Part shown: positions 13,700-27,214 of the stretch, piece after piece
How the letters are laid out: the number at the start of each line of letters is the position of its first letter
How positions within the stretch are numbered: the first letter of the stretch is position 1
Assembly (NCBI RefSeq): GCF_006345805.1
Contig: NC_043002.1
Coordinates: 75,454,001-75,518,000, forward strand
DNA: 64,000 bases
Source of the DNA: Octopus sinensis
Taxonomy: Eukaryota
Reading direction: 5' to 3'
Notes under the pieces: generated by a model
What the model saw: the letters and a program-made list of their open reading frames with translations, nothing else
Told to the model about the DNA's origin: nothing
The model's database searches: none
Made by a program: the position numbers and the translations under genes

Positions 13700-14145
13700 G
13701 TATAATGGTATTGTCAAATCTATAGATTAGCAAATTATTGATTATAGTTCCATTCGTCATCGTTTAACATCTGCTTTGCATGCTGGCATGGGTTGACCAG
13801 GCAGAAGACTGTACCAGACTTCTGTGTCTGTTTTGGTATGGTTTTTACAACTGGATGTCCTTCCAAATGCCAATCACTTTACGGTGTTGATAGAATGCTT
13901 TTTATGTGGCACCAGGATTTGCAGGATCACCAAGTAACTTGCAAGACAATATAATGATGAGTTTTAACTGTTAGCAATGGGGGCCCAAAGTATACATAAT
14001 TGTTTGGCCAAAGTTGTGTGCTGAAGGGATGGTCAATAACTAAGCTCAAGTTGCGATGCACTTGGAGTAAGGTGATGATGTGGTCAGTTGTTACTTGCAT
14101 CAAGCTAATATCCCAAACTAAATTACTCTGTTCAGATTTTATATG

Positions 14146-14572
14146 CAGTGCTGGAATAACCATTAAGCAAAATAAGAATGTGCTTAGGGCCTCAAGGGAA
14201 GTAGGGGGCACCACAGAAACAGTAAATAGCTTAAGGCACAAAAGAAATCACTTTAAACTTGCTAAAATAATATTCAGAATGCCTTTATCTCTACTAAGTA
14301 TTGATGCAGATGTGTTACCTAAGATTAATTTTGAGGATCTGATCAAAGACTTTGCAATTCAAAAAAGTTGGAGAAAACTTTTCAAATATAAATAGAGTGG
14401 AAATATACAGAAATAAACATTATTTTCCTTCTTACTGTTTTGTTTCGTTTGGAAAAATAGAAATTTATTTTATGGTTTGTTATTGTTTATATTTTGAATT
14501 ACATGATCTTTTATGGGGGCACCAAGATCCTTTAAGTTCTTAGGGTCTTGATGAGTCTTAATCCCCCCCCCC
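14146..14572 (+). mobile_element. Internally deleted hAT element keeping the transposase C-terminal dimerisation fragment
   Basis: Encodes LSLLSIDADVLPKINFEDLIKDFAIQKSWRKLF*. Starts CAGTGCTGGAATAACC and ends GTCTTAATCC plus poly-C. Flanked by (T/C)TTATATG, an 8-bp TSD with 1 mismatch. Confidence 0.8.
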
Positions 14573-15135
14573 CTTATATGTATCATCATACTAACCTTCA
14601 CTTTTCCATGCTTGTGTGGTTTGAACAGAGTTCATTGGGGCAGATTTCCTATGTCTGGATGACCATTCTTTTGCGAACCCACACCTGCCCCCAAGCAAGA
14701 TAATATTACCCCATAGCTAGAAATGTTTATGCAGAATATTAGAAATGAATGACACTGCTTGTATGACAGTCAGGGATGTATGTTAAAATTGAATGGTGCT
14801 GTTGAATTATAGCATGGTATGGGTGTATTGAAAGAATAATAGAAAAAGAAAAGAGGTGATAGTTAAAGAAGTTTGGGAAATGCTCACCTTGCTAGTAATA
14901 GCTGCCAGCTTCCTTCAAAACACATCCGGCTTTCTTAAAATGGGAAGAACACCTTATACAGTATAGTCCTAGATATACAAAAATACAGGGTAGCTATGGC
15001 AGGAATATCTTTGAATCATAGATCTTGTGAGTGAAAACCTACTTAAACCACCCCGACAATAATGAAACCAAAATATATAAACGTAAAAATATAGATTGAT
15101 TTTGAGAAACCGATTTTCTATAAGTCTTTCTAAGG

Positions 15136-15346
15136 TAGTTAGCTGGCAGAATTGTTACCATGTCAGGTAAAATGCTTAGCGGCATGTCGTCTGTCCTTTA
15201 TGTTCTGAGTTCAAATTCTGTCAAGGTCTACTGCCTTTCATATGTTCAGGGTTGAAAAAATAAGTACCAGTTGATCACTGGGGTTGATGCAATCAACTTA
15301 CCCCCACCCTGAAATTACAGGCCTTGTGCCAAAGTTTGAAACCAAT
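15136..15346 (+). mobile_element. tRNA-derived SINE family B
   Basis: AGCTGGCAGAATTGTTA...GAGTTCAAATTCTG...AATAAGTACCAGTTG...GGCCTTGTGCCAAAGTTTGAAACC. Confidence 0.82.
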
Positions 15347-16575
15347 GTAAGTCTTTCTGGTTCTCTGTCTCTGTTTATTTTTCACATTTCTGGCAGTATC
15401 CAGTTGTTTGAGTTAAGTTCAGAATACTAAAACTTACTGGTTTTAGAGATAGTGACAACCAGCGCAAAGAAACAAACTGCTCTTCTCTGCAAGCCCCCTT
15501 GCTTTGAATACTTTCTTATTAACTTTTTTATTATTCCATTTCTTTTTTCCAGAAAGAGGAAAAAAAAAAATCAAAAACAAAAAAAAAACCAAACAAGGAA
15601 AAAACGAATTTTTCTTTCTTCCATTCAAATACTTTCAAATTATAAACAAGAAATAGCAGAAGAATATAGCTCAAAAATTTTGAATTTAAAGCTAAAAAAA
15701 AAAAATTAAAATTAAATTTCATTCCTTGGCAGATTATGTGTTCTTTTGGCTTTTTGTTGTTCCATATTTTTCTAACAGTTCATGCTTTTCAGTTGCATTA
15801 AATCTGCAATAATTTCTACTCTTGAACAGTTCAGTATTAATTACTCCACATTTTAATGCACCAATTCCTGTTTCTGTTTAAGTTTTTCTGTGGTTTTCCT
15901 TTATTTCTTCCCTTTTGTCACGCTTTCTTTCTTTAACTTCTTTTTCCCTATCTTTCTTTCTTTCTTTAACTTTTTTCTCCCCATCTTTCTTTCTTTCTTT
16001 CTTCATTCTCCCTCTCATCTAAATTAATGGCTGCTTTTTCACTGCTTTAAAGAGCTTTCTGTATAAATAAGAAACTGTAGCAGTTGAAATGTTTTGATGT
16101 TTGATTGCTAAAACATCCCTCTGGATTTGCTTTGTTTATTAGCTGAACTCGATATATGTTATGAAATATTTTTTCTCTCTCTTTCTTTCTTTTCTTTTTT
16201 TTTTTATTCAATATTTATTTATTTGTTTATTTATCTTCTTCAAAAGAAGGAACAAGACAAAAATAAATAAAATAAAAGCAAAGAAAAGAAATGAGGAAAG
16301 CAAAATAGAAATCAAAAAGAATTACAAATTCATTTTTATTATAGAAATTCATATTTCAAGCTCAGCTTCTGTTCATTATTTTTCTTATTTTTTCATTTTC
16401 ATTATTTATAAAATTTTTTTTTTTCAATTTTGGGTGTTTGATAAATTTTTCTTCAATAAAAGTTCAGCTTGCATTGGGGAAAAAAAATCTCTCCCTCTCA
16501 TTCACTCACTCACTCTTTCTCTCTCTCTTTCACTCTCTCTGTCTCTCCCTATCTCTCACTCACTCCCACTCCCAT

Positions 16576-16606
<31 letters not shown>

Positions 16607-17159
16607 TACACACTTTCTCGTTTATGTCATATGAAGCTTCTTGATGACTACATAGTTTTAGCTTGAAAAGGTCTCTTTCATCATCCTCAGTGTTGGTTGG
16701 CCCTGCTCAGCTCCTTCAAAGAGAGAGATGAACAATTAAGAAGTGTCTACATTCTAGAAATAGCAGTCAAATTTCCCTCAAATAATACCCTAACTCTAGA
16801 TATACAAATAACTCTAGATATACAAAAACTCAGAGTGATTACAGATGGGAGACCTTTTGATCATAAATCCATTCAGTTGAGACTGACATGGGGCCAAACA
16901 GGAAAAATGACTACAAGTAGCCATGTCAGTCCTTGGATGTATGTCAGTGTTGCAGGGTATATACTACACTTGGTTCAATCTTGAGTCTATGCCACTTTGT
17001 TGCTGCAGTTAGATTGTTTTAGGCATAATTTGACAGTTGCATATCTGGTAGCTAAAATATACATTTAAAAGGTATAGTGTTAAAGCAATGAACATTTACT
17101 GATAATAGTTACTCAATATTGAAGACTGTTAAATTATGTATATGAGTGGGGTGCTAAAA

Positions 17160-17460
17160 AGTTTTGGTAGTATATATATAGATAGATAGACACATGCATG
17201 CATGCAAGCAAGCGATCAGAATTTTAGTAGTATATAAGCACACACACAAGCATGCAAGCAAGCAAGCACGATGCAAGCGAGCAAAGTTTTAGTAGAATAT
17301 ATATATAGATATAGATACAAGCATGCAAGCATGTAAGCAAGCAATCACAGAGTTTCAGTAGTTATAGATAGTTATAGATAGATAGATACAAATAAGCACA
17401 ATGCTAAAAAGCATGACACAAGCAAGCAATCAAACTTTTAGTAGTATATAGATTTGTGTG
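17160..17460. repeat. Five-unit composite minisatellite (units of about 60-80 bp)
   Basis: Each unit starts (G/C/A)TTT(T/C)AGTAG, followed by TA/GATA and GCAA/GCAT microsatellite blocks. Confidence 0.8.
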
Positions 17461-17535
17461 TCTGTTGACCTGCTTGGTGGCAGATGAGTTGATCTGTAGC
17501 AAGTAGATCAGTTGTCAGTTGAATAATTTGGTGTA

Positions 17536-17716
17536 CAGTAATCCCTCCCCATATCATGGTTCACCATGGTGTTGTTTTGCATTTATAATAAGATAAATGT
17601 ATACAAATTATGGTGTAAAAAAATAATACAGTACAGTACTGTTTCTACTTTGTGGATTTTCATCTATTGTGGGATGGTTTTGGAACATAACACTCGCGAT
17701 AGTCAGGGGATTACTG
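17536..17716. mobile_element. Pogo/Tigger-like MITE
   Basis: TA|CAGTAATCCCTCCCCATATC ... GATAGTCAGGGGATTACTG|TA. Confidence 0.85.
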
Positions 17717-17867
17717 TAGTTGATGGTTCAGTACTCTAAATTTATTATTGCTTTTTATTTATTTGGGGATTACACTACATTCTTTCACATGCTGTCATTC
17801 ACTATATGTTGTGCCGTATGACAGGGCATGCAACGTTTTAAAATCTTACTAGATTTTGTAACAGTGT

Positions 17868-18000
17868 GGTTAAGAAGCAACCATATGGTTTTGAGTTCAG
17901 ACCCATTGTGTGGTGTCTTGGGCAGGGGTCTTCTACTATAGCCCAGGTCGAGTGATTTTGGTAAATGGAAATTGTGGAATCCCATTGTATATAAATGGTG
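17868..18000 (+). mobile_element. SINE family A
   Basis: GTGTGGTTAAGAAG...GAGTTCAGACCC...TTGGGCAGGGGTCTTCTACTATAGCC. Confidence 0.75.
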
Positions 18001-19166
18001 TATATTTTGACACCATATTGACTGTAGTGATAGCATACTGACTGAATTGTTAGAGTGCTGGATAAAATGATTCATGGTATTTATCTTAATTTTCTGAGCT
18101 GAGTTCAAATTCCATTGAGGTCAACTTCAAAAAAAAAAAAAATTCTAATTTATGGGGATAGATTGAGAGAGAGCACTTAGAGGACTGGGCAAGATGCCTT
18201 ACCATATCTGTTCTAGTTCTTTGTATTCTGACAACAATGTCTGTGATGCCTCTGATACCAAGTAACGTTGGCCTAAGCTAGTGGCTTTTGTCTTGGATAA
18301 ATATCAATGATAAACTTGTATGTATGAACAACTCCTTATCTTCTTCAAGAAAGGAAAGAAAACTACCCATCTCTGTACATATGTGTGTGGATGTGTGGTC
18401 AGCATTTACTGACAGAGACCCGAGAACCTTTTGACTGTATTAGTGACACCGTATCGACTGCAACAGCACCACTATACCGATTGCAGTATTGGCACTATAT
18501 TGTATGCAATAACAAGACTACGCTGACTGTAGTGTGAAGGCCAGATTTATTAGGACTAGAAATTTTAATATTTGCATATGAATTACAGTACAACCTGCAT
18601 GTACAGTTAATATGCATATATTAGCTCATTTCCACTATTGAAGAATGAAAGCCTGTAGCCAACTGGAATAAGTGCATAGAACTCAGTACCCACCATATAA
18701 AGAATATAAACCACCTCCGTACCTATTATTCATTCAACTTATTCTGATATATTCATGAGGAGTGAACAATAGGTATGTTTCTGTGTAATCTAATATGTGT
18801 GACTTGTCTGTAATATTGTTTTATAACAGGACATTTCCCAAATATATTTAGATCAGGTCTATGTAAACATATGTCACTATTTGAAGTGTATACAATGTGA
18901 TTGATGAATGGACTTTGTAATGTCCAACTTTATGCTTTGATTGTTGTTGTCGTTGGTTGCTTTTTTTTATACTTATTTCATATATATTCCAACTCCAACA
19001 TTAATATATAAAGGAGAAACATGATAATTTCATTTTGAAGAAAAAAATGCCAGTTGTTTATGTAATATTCTAAATTTGATAAAAATGATTTACTCATTCC
19101 CTGTTCTTCAATAAAAACTCATTGTGTTGGAGAGCAAACATTCTAAAATATAACAGATATATACAA

Positions 19167-19625
19167 GATATCTCCATAAAGAAACCAAACTTAATAAAAA
19201 AAAAAAAGAAAAGAAAAACCATTTATTGCTATACTTACAATTTAATCAGACATATCTCCTTGAAAGTAATTCCTTTTACTATTGATATAACTGCTCCCAA
19301 CATTTTCTTGCAGTCTTGGAATGCATTTCCAGGAATAGTGTACTGCCCTCATAGTAAATATTCTGTATTCTCTTCTGTTGTCTGAAATCAGAAACATTTC
19401 AGGGTGAATTTCAACTTTGGAAACAAAATGTGTTCACAGAGGCCAAATTTGGGGAAAAGGGGAGAAGATAGGGGACTAAGTTTCAGGTTTTGTTCAAAAA
19501 AGTCATAGATAAGGAATGATGTGTGAGTAGGTAAATTGTTCTGATGCAGCATTTAGGTTTTGTCTGATATGTCCATGTTTCACACTGCCTCTTTTAAATG
19601 CCCGTGGACATCCAAATAAAATGTA
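19167..19625 (-). mobile_element. Mariner (DD34D-like) transposase 3' remnant
   Basis: The reverse strand is a degenerate match to ...PDLAPCDFFLFPKLKFTLK...FQDCKKRWE.CINSKG.YFEGD. Confidence 0.7.
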
Positions 19626-19940
19626 AGATCTTTTTATTGGTCAAAAAGCACTGGTGCTGGTACCTCTTAAAAAGCACTGAGTACACTCTGTAAAGTGGTT
19701 GGTGTTAGGAAGGGCATCCAGCTGTAGAAACCAAACCAAACAGACAATGGAACCAGGTGTGGCTCCTGGCTTTGCCAGCTCCTGTCAAGCCATCCAACTC
19801 ATACCAGCATGGGAAACAGATATTAGACATTAAATGATGATGATGATTTCACTACTGTAGAACAAACTCATAAGTAATGACATTCTTCTTATCAAGAAAT
19901 TCTGTCAACATTACCTTCATATTTGAGTGACTCTGGTATG

Positions 19941-19980
<40 letters not shown>

Positions 19981-20192
19981 TGTGTGTGTGTGTAATGTGT
20001 TTCAACATCATAGCCATTCACCCACTTGTCACCTACTATGCCTCTTTCCATAAAGTTTTCATCAGTATTTGAATAATCAGACTACTGCTAACTGACTGTG
20101 ACATGATTTTTATGTTGTTCGTCATCAGACATAGCGCAATTTTTGCAGGAACTTTGTTTCCAAACAAAGTAGTATTTCCCCATAGCCAGATA

Positions 20193-20330
20193 TACTCTTT
20201 TACTTGTTTCAGTCCTTTGACTGCGGCCATGCTGGAGCACTGCCTTTAGTCAAGCAAATCAACCCAGGACTTATTCTTTGTAAGCCTAGTACTTACTCTA
20301 TTGATCTCTTTTACCGAACCGCTAAGATGT
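20193..20330 (-). mobile_element. SINE family A 3' module, reverse
   Basis: TACTCTTTTACTTGTTTCAGTC..GACTGCGGCCATGCTGGAGCAC...CCGAACCGCTAAG matches 23484-23620. Confidence 0.8.
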
Positions 20331-20608
20331 GTCTACATGAGTTAATTGGAAATGAATTGACATCACCTGGATAAAGGTGCTACTTGTTTACAACCTTCAT
20401 GTGATGTAAAGATCACACACACACGCATGCAGGCACGCATGCACACGAAAATTCCTTCCACTCTAACTTTGCTGCTAAATAAATTGAAGTGAATAGATAT
20501 TACACGCCATCCATGCTAGCATTTTAACTCCTCACTCAGTGACCTTTACTGTGTGTTGCACTTACATGTCCTAAATAGGACTAAAGAAGTGCGTATGAGC
20601 AACCATCG

Positions 20609-20880
20609 AACCCTTTCCTTTCTATATCTCTCTTGAAATTATTTCAGTTAATTTTTTCAATTATTTCAATTAATTTTTCAAATTATGAAGTATTTGCTGT
20701 AAATTCAATAAAATTTATCAAGAATTTAGTGAAATAACTCTGTCATAATTAAGCAGGTGTTTGAAGCATAAAATTTACATGAATTTTTGTAGGAAGGTTT
20801 TAATTTAGATTATTTTAACTAAGAATTTTATGTCAAAGAACCAAGGGCTGTCTCAGGTGGGTTGGTATCAAAAGGGCGAA
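20609..20880. mobile_element. Degraded piggyBac-type MITE, with a related remnant at about 57040-57335
   Basis: Termini ACCCTTT...GGTATCAAAAGGG. The AT-rich interior is shared with 57100-57330. Confidence 0.45.
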
Positions 20881-21183
20881 ATAACTCTGGAAATAAGTTG
20901 TAGGCCTCTGGATCGACAGGTCCATCAGCATTTTCCCTAAGTCGTACAATGCTGTATGTACCCCTTGGATAAGTCTCCTAACCTTTACTTTGTTACTGTT
21001 TATATCATATTAAATCAGATACAGAAAAGAATGACTAGGTGGTAGTGGTATGTGTGGAGCCTACTGGAAAATGGCATGTAATTCAGTGAATTTTCACTGC
21101 CTAGTCTGAAGTCTCTGACATAAAAAGTAAACAATAGAATAATGATATGCTGTACCTACTTGTTCTATCTTTTTTCCCTCTCT

Positions 21184-21259
<76 letters not shown>

Positions 21260-23483
21260 TACATAGATTCAGATATATCTGTCTCTCTCTCTCTATATAT
21301 ATATAGACACATACATACATTCAGATATATGTGTCTATATATATATGTATATATATATATATATATATACATACACACACAGACACATGAATAAACTTCC
21401 TTTCTCAGTGTGTTGAGTTAAACAATAATTTGCCTAAAGAGAATATGTGCAATAGCCACGATAATACAAACATTCGGGACTCCCATGCCATAAAACTATG
21501 ATGATGTTACCCACGCCACCACACTGCCTTCTATTCTCTCCGATATCTAATATGAAATATTCCTACCATTGATCGCTTGCTAGCTTATTTGTTTGCCTTG
21601 TGCGAGTTCACAGACTGTTGACATTACATGAGGAATGCGTTTGGTGCTTCTGTTTGCCTTGTGTGTGTGTATGTGTGTCATATTTGTTTTCTGTGTGTGT
21701 GTGTGTATTGTTTGGTTGGTCCTTGTGGTTGTTTAGTGTTTATATATGTGTGTGGTCTTTGTCTTGTGTAGGTGTCTGCAGTGTTTGGTCCTTCTGTTTG
21801 TCTTTTGCGTATGCGTGTGTACGTGATATTTGATGACTATGTATGCGGTGTTTTCGGTCCTTATGTTTATCTTGTGTGTGTGTGTGTGTGTTATATTTGT
21901 TGGAGCAATGGTTGATGTTTGTTCTTGGCGGTTTATCAAATACTTTACTGATTGACTTTTTGAATAATGGAATAATATTGGTTAATGATTCCAGTCTGTT
22001 GCAGTTCAACATACTAGTTCAGTTATTTGTTTATTTTTACCTTCATTCTGATTTTGATTTTGATTTTTCTTTTTTGTCTTTTTTTTCCTGTTTTCAATTT
22101 TTTTTTCTTTTTTTTTCTGAACTCAATAATAGCTCTTGTCCCCACTCACATCTTCTCACTCCATCTCAAATGTTTGCTTTGCCTCTTCTGTCTTTGACAT
22201 TCTCACTCTCTCTCTCTCTCCCTACCTCTTTCTTTGTCCACATTCTTGTTTTCTATCTTTTTTTTTCTTCTTTCTGTTTGGCTATCTATCTGTTTTTCTT
22301 TCTTTCCCTCACTTTTCCTCTCTTTATCTCAATCACTCCTCCCTCCCTCCCTCCCTCTTCTTTTGTCTGTTTGTCTGTCCCTAACCCTTTCTTTTTGATC
22401 TAGGCTTTCTTCTCTGTTATTCTCATCCTCTTCTTCATTGTCTTTCTTACTCACCCTCTTTATTTTCATTTCTCATGCTTCCCCTTTCATTAATTGCTCA
22501 CCCTCTCCCTTTCTTTCACACACGCACACACACATACTTTTACTGATTCTTTCTATGTCTTTCTCTTTCATTAATTGTCTCTCACTTTTACTTGTTCTCT
22601 CTCTCTCTCTCCACCCTCTCCAGGCTAACATCATGATATGTGTGTTTTTCTCCATTCACCACCGTCTCTCTCTCTCTCTCTCATCCATTTTGTCAATGTT
22701 TACTGTAAACACTTTATTGTTTACCTAAATGATGCTAAAGCTGGCCCGCCACTGGTGTTCTGAGGTCTTTTAATTATCTCCGCCACTCTGTTTGGTCTTT
22801 GATAAATGGCTATTGAGCTGACTGTTTTATGCTGGAATAATCTAATATTTGACTGGCTTACAAAAACCAGCTCCAGGAACAAGACACCCTTGTTGCATCA
22901 CAGTTTATGCTGGAACTATTTACAGATTTCTGTTAGTTTAGTGCTTGTTTCAGTGTCGGATTTTTCAAGTTTTTTTTTCTTTTTTCTTCCATTTATTTCA
23001 TCCTATTGAATTTTTATGTATTTGTATATTTGTGTTTGCTTTTAATTTGCTATTTGTTTTTCATGTGTCTGAATTTCTTTTTCTTCTTTTTGTTTCTTTT
23101 TTAAATACGAATCTAATAAAAATTGAATCCAATTTGTCTTTTTTATGTTTTTTTTTTTTTTTGGTTTTTGTTAGTATTACAGTTGTGGGTATTAGTGTAT
23201 TAGTTTGTTTTCATTGACCATTCACACCGTTAATTTGTATTTTATCTTATTATCACATGATTTTATATGTGTGCGTGTGTGTTCGGGTGTATGCATAATT
23301 TCAATATTGCTCTGTTCGGTTGCACCTATTGTTGTCTTTCACCTATTCACATTCTTTTTCAGACTGTCGCTTCCATTCTGTCCACCTGTCTTTCTCTCCA
23401 TTCCCAGCCTACAATTCTATCGTCATGCACCAGCATAACCACACATGCACTGCAAATAGTACTGATACATGTTATTCTCTTAC

Positions 23484-23695
23484 TCTTTTCTCTCTTTTAC
23501 CTGTTTCAGTCATTTTGACTGCAGCCATGCTGGAGCACCGCCTTTAGTTGAGCAAATCGACCCCGGGACTTATTCTTTGTAAGCCCAGTACTTATTCTAT
23601 CGGTCTCTTTTGCCGAACTGCTAAGTGACGGGGACGTAAACACACCAGCATCGGTTGTCAAGTAATGCTAGAGGGACAAACACAAACACACACAT

Positions 23696-23737
<42 letters not shown>

Positions 23738-23962
23738 ACACACACACATATATATATACACATATATACACACATACACATATATATATATACATATATA
23801 CGACAGGCTTCTTTCAGTTTCCATCTACCAAATCCACTCACAAGGCATTGGTCGGCCCCGGGCTATAGCAGAAGACGCTTGCCCAAGATGCCATGCAGTG
23901 GGACTGAACCCGGAACCATGTGGTTGGTTAGCAAGCTACTTACCACACAGCCACTCCTGTCT
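23484..23962 (-). mobile_element. SINE family A, apparently full length with a central (CA/TA)n tract
   Basis: 3' module, microsatellite, body and reverse tRNA head (GGGACTGAACCCGGAACC...ACCACACAGCCACTCC). Confidence 0.88.
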
Positions 23963-24577
23963 ACATTCACGCACATATGTGTCTTTTCCCTGTACTAATA
24001 TGAATAATGCTGATCATAATGTTACTGTTTAGCCCCAGGGTGGCCCTGAGTAAGCAGGTCTATGAACAAAATCATTTCCATTCCATCCTTTTTCTTCTAG
24101 TCATCATTCATCATCATCATCATTTAATAGCCATTTTCCATGCTGGCATGGGTTCGATGGCTTGACAGGAGCTGGCAGGGCCAGGAGCTGCACAAGGTTC
24201 CATTGTCTGTTTTGGCTTGGTGACTACAGCTGGATGCCCATCCTAATGACAGCCACTTAACAGAGTGTACCGAGTGCTTTTTATGTGGCACTATCACCAG
24301 GGCTTTCTATGTGTACCTTATTCAGTGTAATTTTACATATTGTTTTTAAGACAGATGAGCCAGTACCTGACATATCTTGAGACAAAAGCAAAATGCTTCT
24401 AGACCTCTGCTGTCTGATTATGTTTACTACCCAATTAAAAGTTTTTGAAGGTTCAAACAGTTGTAAACTATAACCAACCCATTTCAAGGCAGCCTTAGAA
24501 AGTTTACCTACACTATTGTTCTTCTTCAAGCCCTTTGTTATTGGAAGTAAATCACTCTCTGTTGTGTACATTGATAC

Positions 24578-24794
24578 CAGTGGTGGATTAACCATGAAGT
24601 AAAATAAACGTGCTTAAAGCATCAAGAAAAATGGTAAATGGTTTATGGTACAAAAGAAATCACTTTAAACTTGCTAAAATAATATTCAAAGTAGTTTATA
24701 TGACGGGAAAGATTTATTTTATGATTTATCAATGTCCATATTTTGAATTACTTATATTGGAGCACTTAGATTTGTGGGTCTTAATCTAACCAAG
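24578..24794 (+). mobile_element. hAT MITE, a further-deleted member of the 14146 family
   Basis: Perfect 8-bp TSD ATTGATAC (24570-24577 and 24795-24802). Shares CAAAAGAAATCACTTTAAACTTGCTAAAATAATATTCA with 14146-14572. Confidence 0.85.
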
Positions 24795-25091
24795 ATTGAT
24801 ACACTTCATCTACAACACCACCACCCCAATATTTAGAAATATAAACCTTAGTTCAATGATGATGATCATCATGGTGATTGAACTTTATCTAAATTGGATC
24901 CGATGTTTTGTAGGTTTTTTTTTTCATTCTCTTAGCAAGACAATATCACTAGTGCTGGTGATTTGGAAAAAGCATCCTGTACTCTCTGTAAAGTGGTCGT
25001 CATTAAGAAGGGCATTCAATCAAAGAAACCATACTAACAGTGGAACACCAGTTTCAAATTTTGGCACAAGACTAGCAAGTTCAGGGGAAGG

Positions 25092-25258
25092 GGTAGGTCA
25101 GTTACATCAACCCCAGTACGTGACTGGTACTTATTTTATCAACTCTGAAAGGATGAAAGGCAAAGTCGACCATGGCGGAATTTGAACTCAGAACATAAAG
25201 ATAGACAAAATGCTTAGCTTTGTCTGACATACTAATGATTCTGCTGCTCACTGCCTGG
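25092..25258 (-). mobile_element. SINE family B, reverse
   Basis: GACTGGTACTTATTTTATCAAC...GGCGGAATTTGAACTCAGAAC. Confidence 0.8.
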
Positions 25259-26237
25259 AACATTAAGGTAAGATCCGGTTCTCCAACCCAGTGGATCCTG
25301 TCTAACTGTCCAACCCATGCCAGCATTGGAAGCAAATTGTAAAATGACGACAACAATGACTTTATAATGATATTGTCCTTCTCATAGTTCTTGAAAGGCA
25401 GTTGCCACTTCCAAGGAGGAATATTCTAATGAAATTTAAACAAAAGACACAATAACATCTTGTAGTAACACATGAGTGGTGTTGCAAATTTATCTCCTGA
25501 TCTTTCAAAGTGCTTGACTTTTTCCTGTTTCACTCTCAAGGCAGTCCTGTACTTGAGATTTTTCTCATCTTAAGTTTGATACATATCTACAGATAGTTGT
25601 ACTATGACAGCATCTTAAAGTTGTGTGTGTGCGTTTGTGCACGTGCATGTGTTGTGTGTGAGGGAGAGAGAAGTGTACCATTGTTTATAACAGATGTTAT
25701 GGTTATTTGGGATGTTCACCATTTGCTTGCAGTTTGAATTGTTTGTATTAGCAACCACCTGTCTTATCATCTGTGTATGAACATATGTCAGTGAGCGTGT
25801 GCATGTATGTATGTCTTTGTATGAATGTATCTATATGTTTATACATTTGTAAGTGAATGTACATGTAGGTATGCATGTGTGTGTGTAGATATATATGTAT
25901 AGGTGTATCATCATTGTCATCATCGTTTAACGTCTGCTTTCCATGCTAGCATGGGTTGGACAATTTGACTGAGGTCTGGCGAAGCAGATGGCTGCACCAG
26001 GCTCCAATCTGATCTGGCAAAGTTTCTACAGCTGGATGCCCTTCCTGACACCAACCACTCCAAGAGTGTAGTGGGTGCTTTTACGTGCATATTTAAATGT
26101 ATGAGTGTTCAATTTATAGGAAAGATCCAAGGGAATAATTGCAAGGCAGCCAGATGTTGCTTAAGTGTCCCAGGAATCAGTGATCACACTAGTGTGGGAG
26201 TTAATTCTGGGAAGAAGTGAGACATATTTAGGATAGC

Positions 26238-26446
26238 ATAGAAAATATTGAAAATGGAGACAAATGCTCAAGCTGTTATTTAATCATTTATATCTTCATA
26301 TCATCGACATATGTTTCGATGGATGCATTCAAAATACATCCGACACGATGAATAATGTAGAATAATGCATCAATCTCATCAGGGAGGATATAAAGAACAG
26401 TGCTCATCAGTTAGATATTTTAACTGATATAAGAGACTCCAGTATA
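26238..26446 (-). mobile_element. Penelope-like (PLE) terminal fragment with a hammerhead-type core at 26306-26382 (minus strand)
   Basis: The minus strand reads CTGATGA-G[12-bp stem]C-GAAA-C-ATAT-G-TC. It is an inverted copy of 27700-27907. Confidence 0.7.
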
Positions 26447-26454
26447 TGTGATGC

Positions 26455-26490
<36 letters not shown>

Positions 26491-26493
<3 letters not shown>

Positions 26494-26764
26494 GAGGCAC
26501 ATGGCATAGTGGTTAGAGCAGCGGACTCACTGTCGAGGGATCGCAGGTTCGAATCTCAGACCGGGCAATGTGTGTGTTTATGAGTGAAACACCTAAGCTT
26601 CACGCGGTTCCGGCAGAAGGTAATGGCAAACTTCTGCTGACTCTTTCACCACAACTTTCTCTCACTCTTTCCTGCATCTTGCAGATCACCTGCGATGGAC
26701 TGGCATCCCGTCCAGGTGGGGAACCTATACACCAAGGAAACCAGGAAACCGGCGCTTATGAACC
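26491..26764 (+). mobile_element. tRNA-derived SINE (family C)
   Basis: A box TGGCATAGTGG, B box GGTTCGAATCT, and central CCTGCGATGGACTGGCATCCCGTCCAGG. Confidence 0.88.
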
Positions 26765-26825
26765 CTTATGAACAAACAACATTATATATATATATATATA
26801 TATACACGTACACACACCCATGCAC

Positions 26826-26869
<44 letters not shown>

Positions 26870-27114
26870 GTGTACACACACCCATGCACACATGCGTAAA
26901 CATATATACAAACTTGTGTCCTCAATGGAAATTACAGTATTAAAAATGCCATTTACCAATCTAAAGAATTCTTTTATATTGGATTATCTTCTACGGAGTT
27001 GAAATGCCGTATCACGAACCATCTTTCAACTTTTAAATACAGTCATAAGCATAATTCTACAGGACCTAGTAAGCTAATTTGGCACCTTAAAGACTAATAA
27101 ACTCTTTTCTTTAG

Positions 27115-27214
27115 ACTGGAAAATTTTTCCAGATCATTCCCCCATGACAAAGGGAAATCTTTTTGTCCTCTTTGTATAGACAAGCAACTATCTATCTTCT
27201 TTTCTAACCATATG
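27115..27214 (+). other. Candidate 100-nt cassette exon of an unidentified transcript
   Basis: GACTAAT branch, then ACTCTTTTCTTTAG acceptor, with ATG|GTAAGC donor. One open frame (LENFSRSFPHDKGKSFCPLCIDKQLSIFFSNHM) with no homology that I recognise. Alternative acceptors at 27132 and 27179. Confidence 0.3.

Noticed and set aside
16697-16984. 95-aa ORF with ordinary composition
   Set aside because: It overlaps a reverse family E repeat and has no supporting splice signals or homology.
18429-18543. CRISPR-like array
   Set aside because: Eukaryotic context, contiguous units with no repeat-spacer alternation, and no cas genes.
21843-22403. 186-aa hydrophobic ORF
   Set aside because: Low-complexity TG- and CT-rich DNA producing F/L/S runs.
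26491-26565. Functional tRNA gene (also other A/B-box heads)
   Set aside because: There is no closed acceptor stem and the head runs into a SINE body present in multiple copies.
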